Below, one piece after another: positions 39,360 through 47,924 of a stretch of DNA of 64,000 nt. Under the pieces are notes generated by a model that saw only the letters and a list, made by a program, of their open reading frames with translations, was not told the origin of the DNA and searched no databases. The first letter of the stretch is position 1. Every line of letters begins with the position of its first letter. The position numbers were made by a program, and so were the translations under genes. The stretch is from Blastomonas sp. (GTDB taxonomy: Bacteria; Pseudomonadota; Alphaproteobacteria; Sphingomonadales; Sphingomonadaceae), in the NCBI GenBank assembly GCA_046291395.1, contig JBKBTF010000009.1, positions 3,234 through 67,233 of the forward strand, read 5' to 3'.

Positions 39360-41774
39360 TTACGCGGCCAATTCCCTTGCGGCCACCGAATGCCCCTCGG
39401 CATCCACCGTTTCCCAGTCGAGATTTCCGGCATAGCGCCAGCCAAGCTGGCCTGCATCGTTCAGGGCAAACAGGTGCAGCCAGCGGTTGTCGAACAACGC
39501 ACGGACATGGGCGTGGCGCTCCAGGATGGCGGTCATCGCTTCGATCGGTGCCTCTATGCAGATGGTCAGCCGCACTGGTTCGTGCACCAGCGCACTGCCA
39601 TCGTGCACCGACTGCCAGGGCAGCCCCGCGCGCAGCGTGCCGCCATTTCCTTCGACCACTCCGATCCCGCCGATGACATTGTGCAGCAGCTTGTTGCCGC
39701 CACCGAACGTCTCGGGTGCAACCGACGAGCCGTAATATTGCAGGCTGATCCAGCTTGCGACCACCACCGGCGCGGTCATGATCAGTTCCAGCACGCCAAA
39801 CCCCTCGTCGCGGCGCCAGTGATAATCATGCAGGAACGCCCGGCCCTGCAGATCCCGGTCACAGGTGCGCTCGCGCGGCGCGGCGATGAACGCCTTGCAC
39901 CCCGCCAGCGCCCATTCCGGACGGATTTCCGCCCAGTCGCGGCTGCGGCGCGGCACATCGCCCCCCTGCGACGCGCGGGGCAGGCGCAGCGCACGTTCCG
40001 CCCGCGCTAGCGCACCTGCGGCCTGCAGCCATTGCCGCGCCCGCGCGACACGGTCGGCATGCGCCGGGGAGACATGATCGCGGTCGTAGATCAGCACCGT
40101 ATCGGTGGTGGTGTCGTGCAGACCAGCCAGAAACAGGGTGTCCGGCGGAACGCGGATCCCGGCCGCTGCCAGACCGCCGCGCACCGCAGGATCATTGAGC
40201 AGCCCGGCCAGCAGCCGCGCGTTGACCTCGCCCGAATAGCCGCCGCACGCCCCGCAGTGCAGGCCACTGGCATGGGGATTGTTGACCACATTGGCGCCGT
40301 GCCCGACCAGCAGCACCAGCGGCGCGAAGCCTTGGGTCAGCGACATGGCGCGCAGCACGGCGGTCGCGGTGGCGATCCTCGCCTTGGCATCGAGCCCGGC
40401 CAGCGGCACGGGGTCGCAGGGCAAGGCCTTGGGTTTCAGCCCGAGGGCATCGCGGACCAGCTTGACCAGATAGACGGGCCCTGCGGCCTCGACAAAGGCG
40501 AAGGAAGATACCGCCGCCAGCTTGAAGCGACCCCAGGCCCGCTTGGCACGGGCGAGATAGCGCGCGGCGCGGTCTTCCTCGGCGCTTTCCGGTCCGCCCG
40601 AGCGGCTGGCGAACCCCGGGTTGAGCAGCACCGGAAGCCGATGCTCGCTGACATCGGACGCAAAACGCCGGTGCGAGGCGCCCAGCCCGAAGAACCCGGC
40701 AAAACCCAGTGTCTGGATGCGCGGATCCAGCGTCTCGAGCATCCGCCGGTATACTTCGGACCGGACATCGATGCAGAACGCCGCCTGCAGCAACGGCGCC
40801 TCGCGGCCGGCGGCCGCCGACGGCGCGCTCAGAGTCCGCCCCAGCTCGCGCTGGACCGAGCGTTCGGCGGCCTCCTGCAGAATGGCATCGACGATCTGGT
40901 CCTGATCGGGGCGCACCGGGGCGCCATGGGCGGCGATCACCTGCTGCCAGGCGTCTCCGATCTTGTGCCGGTACTGCGCGTAGAGCGCGTCCTCCCACAT
41001 CAGCCGGATGCACAGAAAGTCGGTGAGCATGGTGTCGGATGCATCGGCGAGTTCCGCCTGCCACAGCCGGTAGCGGGCATATTGGCCCCAGCCGCCAAGC
41101 GTGATCAGCAGGCTGTGGAAATAGGTCTGCAGCGATGGCGCCGGCAGCATCAGGCGCGCGACACTCGCCGCCATGGCGTCGGTGGCATTGTCGGGCAGGT
41201 TGGCTACAAGGCCTGCAAAGCCCGACAGGCCTGCAATCTCCGGGGTCAGGTCGTGCGTGGCAACCGCCTGCCAGGCGCGATAGGCGCATTTTCCCCTCGG
41301 CGCGGCCCACAGCGCCTGGCCTTCGTCGAGATAGCCTCCGGCCCAGGCGCCGAAGCGTTCGGCGATGATCGCGGGCCAGTCGATGCCCGACACGCGCGCG
41401 GCTAGGTCCGCGACGCTCGACAGCGGGTCGAGCCTGATCCGGGGGCGCTGCGCTGCCTCTTTGAGCTCTGTCAGCGAGACCGGACGGGGCGATGCCCCCG
41501 CCGCTGCCAAAGCTGCGCCAAGGTCATCGTCGGTGATCGCGCCGCTGGCGATACGCTCGCGGTACCAGCTGCGCGGCATCGTCATGTCCGCCTCGCTCAC
41601 CCGCGCGAGCAGGGCGGCGGTGTGCGCGAGGTCAAGGCCGCTCTGGCCCAGATAGGGGTTGACGGCCACGCTCGATGCCAGCGGCCAAGCCGGAGGAATG
41701 GCGCGCGCCGCCGCGTCGGCGATGGCGCCGACTTCAGGGGGGCAAGGCTGACGCTGATCGGGGTGGGTAGCCAT
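39360..41774 (-). CDS. dabA: Inorganic carbon transporter subunit DabA (DUF2309/UPF0753)
   Basis: [56 protein letters not shown]. Confidence 0.93.
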   Translation of the reverse strand: MATHPDQRQPCPPEVGAIADAAARAIPPAWPLASSVAVNPYLGQSGLDLAHTAALLARVSEADMTMPRSWYRERIASGAITDDDLGAALAAAGASPRPVSLTELKEAAQRPRIRLDPLSSVADLAARVSGIDWPAIIAERFGAWAGGYLDEGQALWAAPRGKCAYRAWQAVATHDLTPEIAGLSGFAGLVANLPDNATDAMAASVARLMLPAPSLQTYFHSLLITLGGWGQYARYRLWQAELADASDTMLTDFLCIRLMWEDALYAQYRHKIGDAWQQVIAAHGAPVRPDQDQIVDAILQEAAERSVQRELGRTLSAPSAAAGREAPLLQAAFCIDVRSEVYRRMLETLDPRIQTLGFAGFFGLGASHRRFASDVSEHRLPVLLNPGFASRSGGPESAEEDRAARYLARAKRAWGRFKLAAVSSFAFVEAAGPVYLVKLVRDALGLKPKALPCDPVPLAGLDAKARIATATAVLRAMSLTQGFAPLVLLVGHGANVVNNPHASGLHCGACGGYSGEVNARLLAGLLNDPAVRGGLAAAGIRVPPDTLFLAGLHDTTTDTVLIYDRDHVSPAHADRVARARQWLQAAGALARAERALRLPRASQGGDVPRRSRDWAEIRPEWALAGCKAFIAAPRERTCDRDLQGRAFLHDYHWRRDEGFGVLELIMTAPVVVASWISLQYYGSSVAPETFGGGNKLLHNVIGGIGVVEGNGGTLRAGLPWQSVHDGSALVHEPVRLTICIEAPIEAMTAILERHAHVRALFDNRWLHLFALNDAGQLGWRYAGNLDWETVDAEGHSVAARELAA

Positions 41775-41807
41775 GTCTGCAATCTCCTCGAAACCGTGAA
41801 TGGGGCG

Positions 41808-43367
41808 TCAGACCGGCCGCCGCAGCGCCCAGCCGCGCAGTACGCGATCAAACAGCGCGTTGGCATAAAGCCCGTTGGACAGGTGAACGCGCAGCCCGGC
41901 CGCTGCAGGGTGATAGGCCCATAAGGGAAACATCGACTGGGCGACCGCGACCAGACCGAAGCTGACCACCGCAAGCAGGATCAGCACCCACTCCAGGGGC
42001 CCTGCCGCCGGTGTCTGCGGCAGCGTTCCCGCGGTCAGGACATCGGCAAGATGATGCAGCGTGAAATAGCCGAGCGAGGCGATGACCGAATAGGCAATCA
42101 TCCGCCGCATCAGCGCGCCGGGGGCCGCGCCGGCGAGGCCCTGAGCCAGCAGATAGGCCACGCCGAAAATCAGGATAGCACCCAGCGCATTGGCCTGTGG
42201 CGATTTGTCCTGAAAGCCGAAGACCCAGCCGAAGATCACGTAGATGCCGAGCGCCGCGAGGAACGCCATCGTTACCGCGCCGACATTGGGAATCGCAACC
42301 GGGCCCGGGCGACGCAGCGCGGCGATGCGCTCGACCGCGCCGCCCGAAGCAAGGAAGCTGTGCGCCTTGTAGAGCGAGTGCGCGACGATATGCAGCAGGG
42401 CCAGCGGGAACAGGGCGAGCCCGCACTGCATGATCATGAACCCCATCTGGGCCACCGTCGACCAGGCCAGCGAGGTCTTGACCGCCGGCTGGGTGAGCAT
42501 GACCAGCCCGCCGAAAAGAGCGGTGAATCCACCGATCATCACCAGCCCCGCCAGGACGCCCGGCGAGAGCAGCATGACATCGGCGAACCGGATCAGCAGA
42601 AAACCGCCCGCATTGATGACGCCTGCGTGCAGCAAGGCGGACACCGGCGTCGGCGCCTCCATGACCTCGGTCAGCCAGCCATGCAGCGGAAATTGCGCTG
42701 ACTTGATGACTGCTGCCAGCGCGAGGAACAGCGCCGCTGCGGTGGTGGCGGTGCCGGGATCGGCCGCGCGCGCGCGTTCGAGGATGGTGGCGATGTCAAA
42801 GCTGCCGAATGTCGATACCACTAGCGCCGTTGCCGCGATCAGTGCGATGTCCGCCAGCCGCGCGGTCACGAATTTCTTGCGCGCCGCGCGCCGGGCGGCG
42901 GCCCGCTCAGGATAGAACAGCAGCAGCCGGTGCAGGCAAAGGCTGGTCGCGATCCACGCCAGCACAAGCTGGACGAGGTTTCCCGAAGCAGCAAACACCA
43001 GCACGCTCGCCAGGGTGAACGCCATCCAGCCATGGAAGCGCGCGCGGCCCGGCTCTTCGGCCAGATAGGTCCGCGCATAGCGTAGCACCACCCAGCCGAC
43101 AAAGCCGACCAGGGTGCAGATCGGCAGGCTCACCGCATCCAGGCGAACCGAAAGACCCATGCCGGCCCAGCCTGCCAGTCCGGCCTGAACCGGTCCGGCG
43201 GATGCAACCGCCGCGATCGCCGCGACGCAGCTGGCCACAAAGGCGAGCATCCCTGCCTCCAGCAGCCGGCCTGTCAGTTGCGCATGCCGGTCGCCGCCCA
43301 ATATGGCTGTCAGGCCCAGCGCGACGAACACTGCGATGCTCAGTGTCAGGGCTGTGGTGATACCCAT
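41808..43367 (-). CDS. dabB: Inorganic carbon transporter subunit DabB (NuoL-like membrane subunit)
   Basis: KSAQFPLHGWLTEVMEAPTPVSALLHAG, WSTVAQMGF, AHSLYKAHSFL; directly upstream of dabA. Confidence 0.92.
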   Translation of the reverse strand: MGITTALTLSIAVFVALGLTAILGGDRHAQLTGRLLEAGMLAFVASCVAAIAAVASAGPVQAGLAGWAGMGLSVRLDAVSLPICTLVGFVGWVVLRYARTYLAEEPGRARFHGWMAFTLASVLVFAASGNLVQLVLAWIATSLCLHRLLLFYPERAAARRAARKKFVTARLADIALIAATALVVSTFGSFDIATILERARAADPGTATTAAALFLALAAVIKSAQFPLHGWLTEVMEAPTPVSALLHAGVINAGGFLLIRFADVMLLSPGVLAGLVMIGGFTALFGGLVMLTQPAVKTSLAWSTVAQMGFMIMQCGLALFPLALLHIVAHSLYKAHSFLASGGAVERIAALRRPGPVAIPNVGAVTMAFLAALGIYVIFGWVFGFQDKSPQANALGAILIFGVAYLLAQGLAGAAPGALMRRMIAYSVIASLGYFTLHHLADVLTAGTLPQTPAAGPLEWVLILLAVVSFGLVAVAQSMFPLWAYHPAAAGLRVHLSNGLYANALFDRVLRGWALRRPV

Positions 43368-43432
43368 GTCTACGTCTCCCCACCGCATCAGGATCAGGCG
43401 GCTTCGCGCAGTGGGTAGCCCGGACGTGTTGC

Positions 43433-43478
43433 TTCATAAAATATAATGAAAGGATCGGTCCGTTCGTAAATTATGAAC
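43433..43478. promoter_or_regulatory. LysR-type operator pair upstream of dabB
   Basis: GTTCGTAA-A-TTATGAAC (43462-43478, contains T-N11-A) and TTCAT-N8-ATGAA (43433-43450) in an AT-rich patch. Confidence 0.65.
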
Positions 43479-43484
43479 CGTAAA

Positions 43485-44366
43485 TCAGGCCACCTTGGCG
43501 ATTTCCAGCAACTGGTCGACCAAAGGATGGGGAAAGCGGCGCGACTGACTCATCGCATAGAAGCTCTCGGTCAGCCCCGGAACCACCATGATCTCGTGCA
43601 GCATCCCCGAGCCAAGTTCATCGCGCACCACGATCGGGGGTACCAGCCCGATACCGGTGCCGGCGCGCAGCAACAGGCGCAGCATCGCCATGTCGTCGGC
43701 CTCGGCAACGATGTTGGGCAACACCCCCAGGCGGTCGGTAAGCAGGTCGAAATCGGCCCGCACCCCGCTGTCCTTGGCGGGAACCACCAGCCGCATCGTC
43801 GTCAGCATGTCGCGCAGCGTCAGCCTTGCGACATCGACCCGCTGCGGTCCGATAAGACTGACCGGTGCCTGGTCGACCAGATGGGCGACCCAATTGGTGC
43901 CGCTGTCGCGAAACGGCAGCCGATTGGTGAGCAGGACATCGAGCTCGTGCGCCTCGAGCGCCTTGACCAGATCGCGCAGCGATCCCGAATGGATCACCAG
44001 ATGGACGTCGTCTCGTCCGACCATGGGGGCGAGGAAGCGCATCTGGAAATTGCGCGACAGCGTCGACAGGGCGCCCACGCGCAAATGTCGCCGCGCATTG
44101 CCCGATCCACCGGCAAAGGTGGCCATCATCTCGTTGGCGGTTTCGAACATGCTATCGGCATAATTGAGCGCGACCCGTCCCGCTTCGGTGAGTTCGAGCC
44201 TTCGCCCGCGGCGTTCGAACAGCTGGTGGCCGATGCTTTCCTCGAGCAGCCGGATCTGGGTCGACAACGCCGATTGCGAGACGTTGAGCCGCCTGGCTGC
44301 GTTGGTGAGGTTGCCGTCATGCGCGACGGCATGAAAATAGCGCAGATGCTTGAAGTTCAAACGCAT
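43485..44366 (-). CDS. LysR family regulator, NhaR-like
   Basis: LNFKHLRYFHAVAHDGNL…SQSALSTQIRLLE…LFERRGRRLELTEAG…YADSMF; EADDMAMLRL. Confidence 0.92.
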   Translation of the reverse strand: MRLNFKHLRYFHAVAHDGNLTNAARRLNVSQSALSTQIRLLEESIGHQLFERRGRRLELTEAGRVALNYADSMFETANEMMATFAGGSGNARRHLRVGALSTLSRNFQMRFLAPMVGRDDVHLVIHSGSLRDLVKALEAHELDVLLTNRLPFRDSGTNWVAHLVDQAPVSLIGPQRVDVARLTLRDMLTTMRLVVPAKDSGVRADFDLLTDRLGVLPNIVAEADDMAMLRLLLRAGTGIGLVPPIVVRDELGSGMLHEIMVVPGLTESFYAMSQSRRFPHPLVDQLLEIAKVA

Positions 44367-44389
44367 GGCAGGCCCAATTTGACGATGGT

Positions 44390-44406
44390 GTTCTTATAAA
44401 ACGATC
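44390..44406. promoter_or_regulatory. LysR-type site in the divergent lysR promoter region
   Basis: GTTC-TTATAAAAC-GATC, same GTTC-N9-GA(A/T)C geometry as 43462-43478. Confidence 0.5.
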
Positions 44407-44487
44407 AATGCAGTATGTTTATTGAATTTTCGGGATTGATGCAATCGGGCTAGTTCGCTTGCAAGACACCGATCCTGATCAAGGCTT

Positions 44488-45648
44488 ATGCTCATGGACA
44501 CGCTATTGCATCATCCGGCAGCTGGCGTCCGCACGCCCGCAGCCAGGCCGCCCGGAGGCGCGCCCGGCCTCAGGCTGGTCGAAAGCCCGTGCCTCATCCT
44601 CGCCCGGCCGTGCCCCGGCAACACGCCGGAAAGCTGGCACACCGCCATCGCCCGGCTCGGCCGCTGGCTCGATCTTGATCTTGCCCAGATCCCCCGGCGT
44701 CAGGCGTCCGGTCTGCAGCGGGTGACGACCTGGGCCGCCGCCGCATCAGGCCGCGAAGGCAGTGCACATGCGCCGCCGGTGTTTGCACCCTGGCAATGCT
44801 GGTCGCCGGTAGCGCTGCAGCAGCCCGGCAAGACCGCGCTGCCTCACGCAAGCTGGGTCGCCAGCTATCTCTATTATGGCGGGCCCGCAAAGCCTCTCGG
44901 CCGCGGCGCGGTCGACATCCAGCTGCTGTCGCCGTTGCCATCGGCGTGCCTGCCGGGCGAGGGCGAGGACAGGCCGATCCCGAAGCCTGATGCCTTGCGG
45001 GCGATGATCAAAGCTGCGCGGAGCGAAGGCCGCGAAAGGATAGCGATCGTCACCGATGCGCAGCGGCTCAACACCATGATCCGCCAGCTGCTTCTGCTCG
45101 ACCGGTCGATGACGCGGGACTGTTCGCAGATCGAGGTTCTATCCATCGAGAGTGCGCTGTGCCGGCTGGTACATGATCGGTCACGCTGGGATGGCATCAT
45201 CGTGCTGCCCGAACTGCGCAGCCTGATGTTCGCGATGCTCGCACAGCTGTACGCCATCAGCAGCCCCTGGCCGATGCTGTGGCAGCATCGCGGCGTGACC
45301 ATGATCTGCGCCGAGCAGCTCGACGGGGGCGCAAGCGATCTTCCGCTCGATGCGCCGCTTCTGGTGCAGGCGCTGGCGCTTGCGGCGCGCCAGGCAGGGC
45401 TCGGCGTCATCGCCCGGCAGTTGATCCGGGGAGTAGCGCGGCTGTGGGATTGCGGTATCGTCACGCCGGGGCGCGGAACGGTGGCTCCCTATGTGACCGA
45501 GGTCGGCGATGATGAGTTCATCGAGCAGCTGTGCCGCGGCGTTGCCGGCGGCCAGCGCGCCGTCGCCAGCTGGCGCGCGGTGCCCGAAGGCCCTGCGCCC
45601 GCCGCTTCCCCGGCCCCTTCGCGGCTGCGCCTGGTCGGCAAGGATTGA
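44488..45648 (+). CDS. Hypothetical protein; C-terminal half resembles a degenerate isocitrate/isopropylmalate dehydrogenase fold
   Basis: Colinear with the family by eye: AARSEGRERIAIV, IESALCRLVHDRSRWDGIIVLPEL, GIVTPG…EVGDDEF. Catalytic motifs absent. Confidence 0.6.
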   Translation: MLMDTLLHHPAAGVRTPAARPPGGAPGLRLVESPCLILARPCPGNTPESWHTAIARLGRWLDLDLAQIPRRQASGLQRVTTWAAAASGREGSAHAPPVFAPWQCWSPVALQQPGKTALPHASWVASYLYYGGPAKPLGRGAVDIQLLSPLPSACLPGEGEDRPIPKPDALRAMIKAARSEGRERIAIVTDAQRLNTMIRQLLLLDRSMTRDCSQIEVLSIESALCRLVHDRSRWDGIIVLPELRSLMFAMLAQLYAISSPWPMLWQHRGVTMICAEQLDGGASDLPLDAPLLVQALALAARQAGLGVIARQLIRGVARLWDCGIVTPGRGTVAPYVTEVGDDEFIEQLCRGVAGGQRAVASWRAVPEGPAPAASPAPSRLRLVGKD

Positions 45649-45691
45649 GCCGCATTCTTCTGTTTCAGCGTGCCGAAAAGGACATCGCAGC

Positions 45692-46072
45692 GTGCCCAGC
45701 CGAACCATTGTCGCCAACGAACTAGCAACCGTGCTCCGCCAGATTTCGCACCCCGACCGGATCCGGTTGATCCAGGAACTGCGGGTCGGCGGTCAGACGG
45801 TCAATGAGCTTGCCATCGGTCTGGACCTGTCCCCCACGCGCCTGTCGCAGCATCTGGCGGTGCTGCGGTCGCTGGGTCTGGTGAAGCTCGAATCGGTCGC
45901 GCAGAAGCGCGTCTACAGGCTGGCGCAGCCGCAACTGGCGGCATGGCTGATCGATGGCATCGAGTTCATCGCGCACCGGATCGGCCGTGTCAGCAGCGCC
46001 GATGTCCAGAACGCCAAGCAGCTATGGGAGACACATGCGGCCGCGCCCGCCGCTGTAACCGCGTTCGAGTAG
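45692..46072 (+). CDS. ArsR/SmtB family regulator
   Basis: ISHPDRIRLIQEL…TVNELA…LSQHLAVLR…VYRL; GTG start after AAAGGA. Confidence 0.88.
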   Translation: MPSRTIVANELATVLRQISHPDRIRLIQELRVGGQTVNELAIGLDLSPTRLSQHLAVLRSLGLVKLESVAQKRVYRLAQPQLAAWLIDGIEFIAHRIGRVSSADVQNAKQLWETHAAAPAAVTAFE

Positions 46073-46122
46073 TTATGCCATCGCGCCTTCGGACGCCAAC
46101 AGCGCAAATCCTGGAGCCTGCC

Positions 46123-47289
46123 ATGCTTCATATCGACCCCCATGCGATGGATACCAGCCCGTCCCCGGACGGTCGTCTGCCCGATAAACCCATGGAAGTG
46201 AGCCTCGTCGCAGGCGTGCCGCCGGTGGTCGATGCATTGGCGGAAAGGGCCGCTGCATCCCACCGGTTCCTGCGCGCCGCCTGGTTCTGCAGGGGCGAGC
46301 CCGCCGCCTTGTCCACGCTGGTCGCGCGGCGGGGGGACGGGGAAGCGGTCATCGCGCTGCCGCTGCGGCAGATCGGTCCGCAGGTCCTCGGCGCGCGGGC
46401 TGTAGCCGGAAGCTACTGGCCCTTCCGCAGCGCCGCCTTGGCGCAAAGCGTGACCGTCGCGGATGTCCTGACCCTGCTCGATGACCCGATCGCCCAGCGC
46501 GCCTTGGGACCCGCGCTGCGGCTTGGGCCGATCTATCGATCGGACCGGCTTGGCCTGCTGCTGTCCCAGGCCGCCCGGATCAAGGGCTGGGGCGTGCTGT
46601 GCCGCAAGCTCGGACAAAGCTTCACCCAGGATCTGGTCGGCGACGATGGCATGGCCCGCTGGCCCAGCCCGTCGCGACGCAAGAAGATCCGCAGGCTTCG
46701 GGCCCGGCTCGAGCAGGTCGGGCCGGTCACCGTCCGCATCGTGCGCGCAGCAGGCTGGTCGCGGCAGGTGTTTCGCGATCTGGCCCGGATCGAGGAGAAC
46801 AGCTGGGTGGGCACCAGAACCGATCGCAGCGGCGCAAAGTTCCTCAACCCTGACATGCTGGCGCACTGGCAGCGGGCAGTGGTCGATCCGGTGATCGCAG
46901 ACCTTCTGTCCGCATCCATCCTGTATGTCGGCGACCGGCCCGTGGCGTTCTCGCTCGATCTGATCGCCGGAACGCTGCAATACGGCATCGCCAGCAGCTA
47001 TGACGATGCGTTCGCGCGCTATTCCCCGGGCCAGATCGTCACGGTGCACGCGATCGACGACAGCGTTGCCCGCGAGGTGCGGACGATAGACTGGGGGGCG
47101 GGCGACAGCGGTTACAAGCAGGAGATCGGCGCGCGGCCGGGCGAGGTGATCCAAGATCTTCTCATCTTGCGCAGCCCGGCGCTCGCTGTCACGCTGCGGC
47201 CGAAATGGGAAGGGGCCGGGGGCCAAGGGACATCGCTGCTTGCCGCCGGCATGGCCGAGGATGCATCGGGTGTCAGCCCACCGGGCTGA
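46123..47289 (+). CDS. GNAT family acetyltransferase, CelD/BcsL type
   Basis: RKKIRRLRARLE, LYVGDRPVAF, SYDDAFARYSPG, IDWGAGDSGYK. Alternative start at 46075. Confidence 0.82.
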   Translation: MLHIDPHAMDTSPSPDGRLPDKPMEVSLVAGVPPVVDALAERAAASHRFLRAAWFCRGEPAALSTLVARRGDGEAVIALPLRQIGPQVLGARAVAGSYWPFRSAALAQSVTVADVLTLLDDPIAQRALGPALRLGPIYRSDRLGLLLSQAARIKGWGVLCRKLGQSFTQDLVGDDGMARWPSPSRRKKIRRLRARLEQVGPVTVRIVRAAGWSRQVFRDLARIEENSWVGTRTDRSGAKFLNPDMLAHWQRAVVDPVIADLLSASILYVGDRPVAFSLDLIAGTLQYGIASSYDDAFARYSPGQIVTVHAIDDSVAREVRTIDWGAGDSGYKQEIGARPGEVIQDLLILRSPALAVTLRPKWEGAGGQGTSLLAAGMAEDASGVSPPG

Positions 47290-47361
47290 GGGGACACACC
47301 CCGACCGGCAACCCGTGGACAACGGCCGATTTATGGCGCTCAGCAGCGCGGCCGGGCTAGT

Positions 47362-47416
47362 CGGATGGCGCATCAGCATGGGTAGCTGCGACACCGCAAT
47401 GCCGATGCGCCATCCG
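47362..47416. repeat. 18-bp inverted repeat (17/18) with 19-nt loop
   Basis: CGGATGGCGCATCAGCAT … ATGCCGATGCGCCATCCG. Confidence 0.8.
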
Positions 47417-47465
47417 TGTCTGCTGGCTTGGGGGGTGTCATTCAAGCCGCAGAATGGGCCGAGCG

Positions 47466-47502
47466 AAAAAAGGCAAGAGGTTCGGGGAAAACCGTCTCTG
47501 CC
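47466..47502 (-). terminator. Minus-strand terminator-like hairpin with no annotated upstream gene
   Basis: GGCAGAGACGGTT-TTCCCCG-AACCTCTTGCC followed by TTTTTT. Confidence 0.5.
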
Positions 47503-47924
47503 GCTCGGCACATGATGAACATGGCAGGTATTTTGATTGATGGAATGAGAAAGATGACTGCTATCTTGATAGATAGCATCTATCGGTTCTTTAGCGGTCA
47601 GACATTGCAAATGTCCGGCGGCGTGGGCAGGTCGGCGCGAACGGGGTTCCTCCGGGTCATGACGTCCACATGACAGAGCCGACAGCGAATTGGGCGGTAT
47701 GACCTGCGCACGGGTTGACGAGACGAAGCAACGATCCGTCGCTCCTGCGAACCGTTCCGTGGCGGCGGGCTGATGCACGTTAGCGCCTCTCGATGCGCGC
47801 TGTGGTCCTGAAGGTCTTCAGGCTGACTGAGCCCTATTGATACAGGAACCATGACCATGCCCCATCGCTCGCTTGTCGAAGACCATGACGTCTATGGAAC
47901 TGCTGCAGGCAGGCGGGCGCGGCC

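Noticed and set aside
34592-43367. NADH dehydrogenase (nuo) or hydrogenase-4 operon
   Set aside because: No Fe-S, flavin or NiFe subunits; the partner genes identify Mrp and DAB systems.
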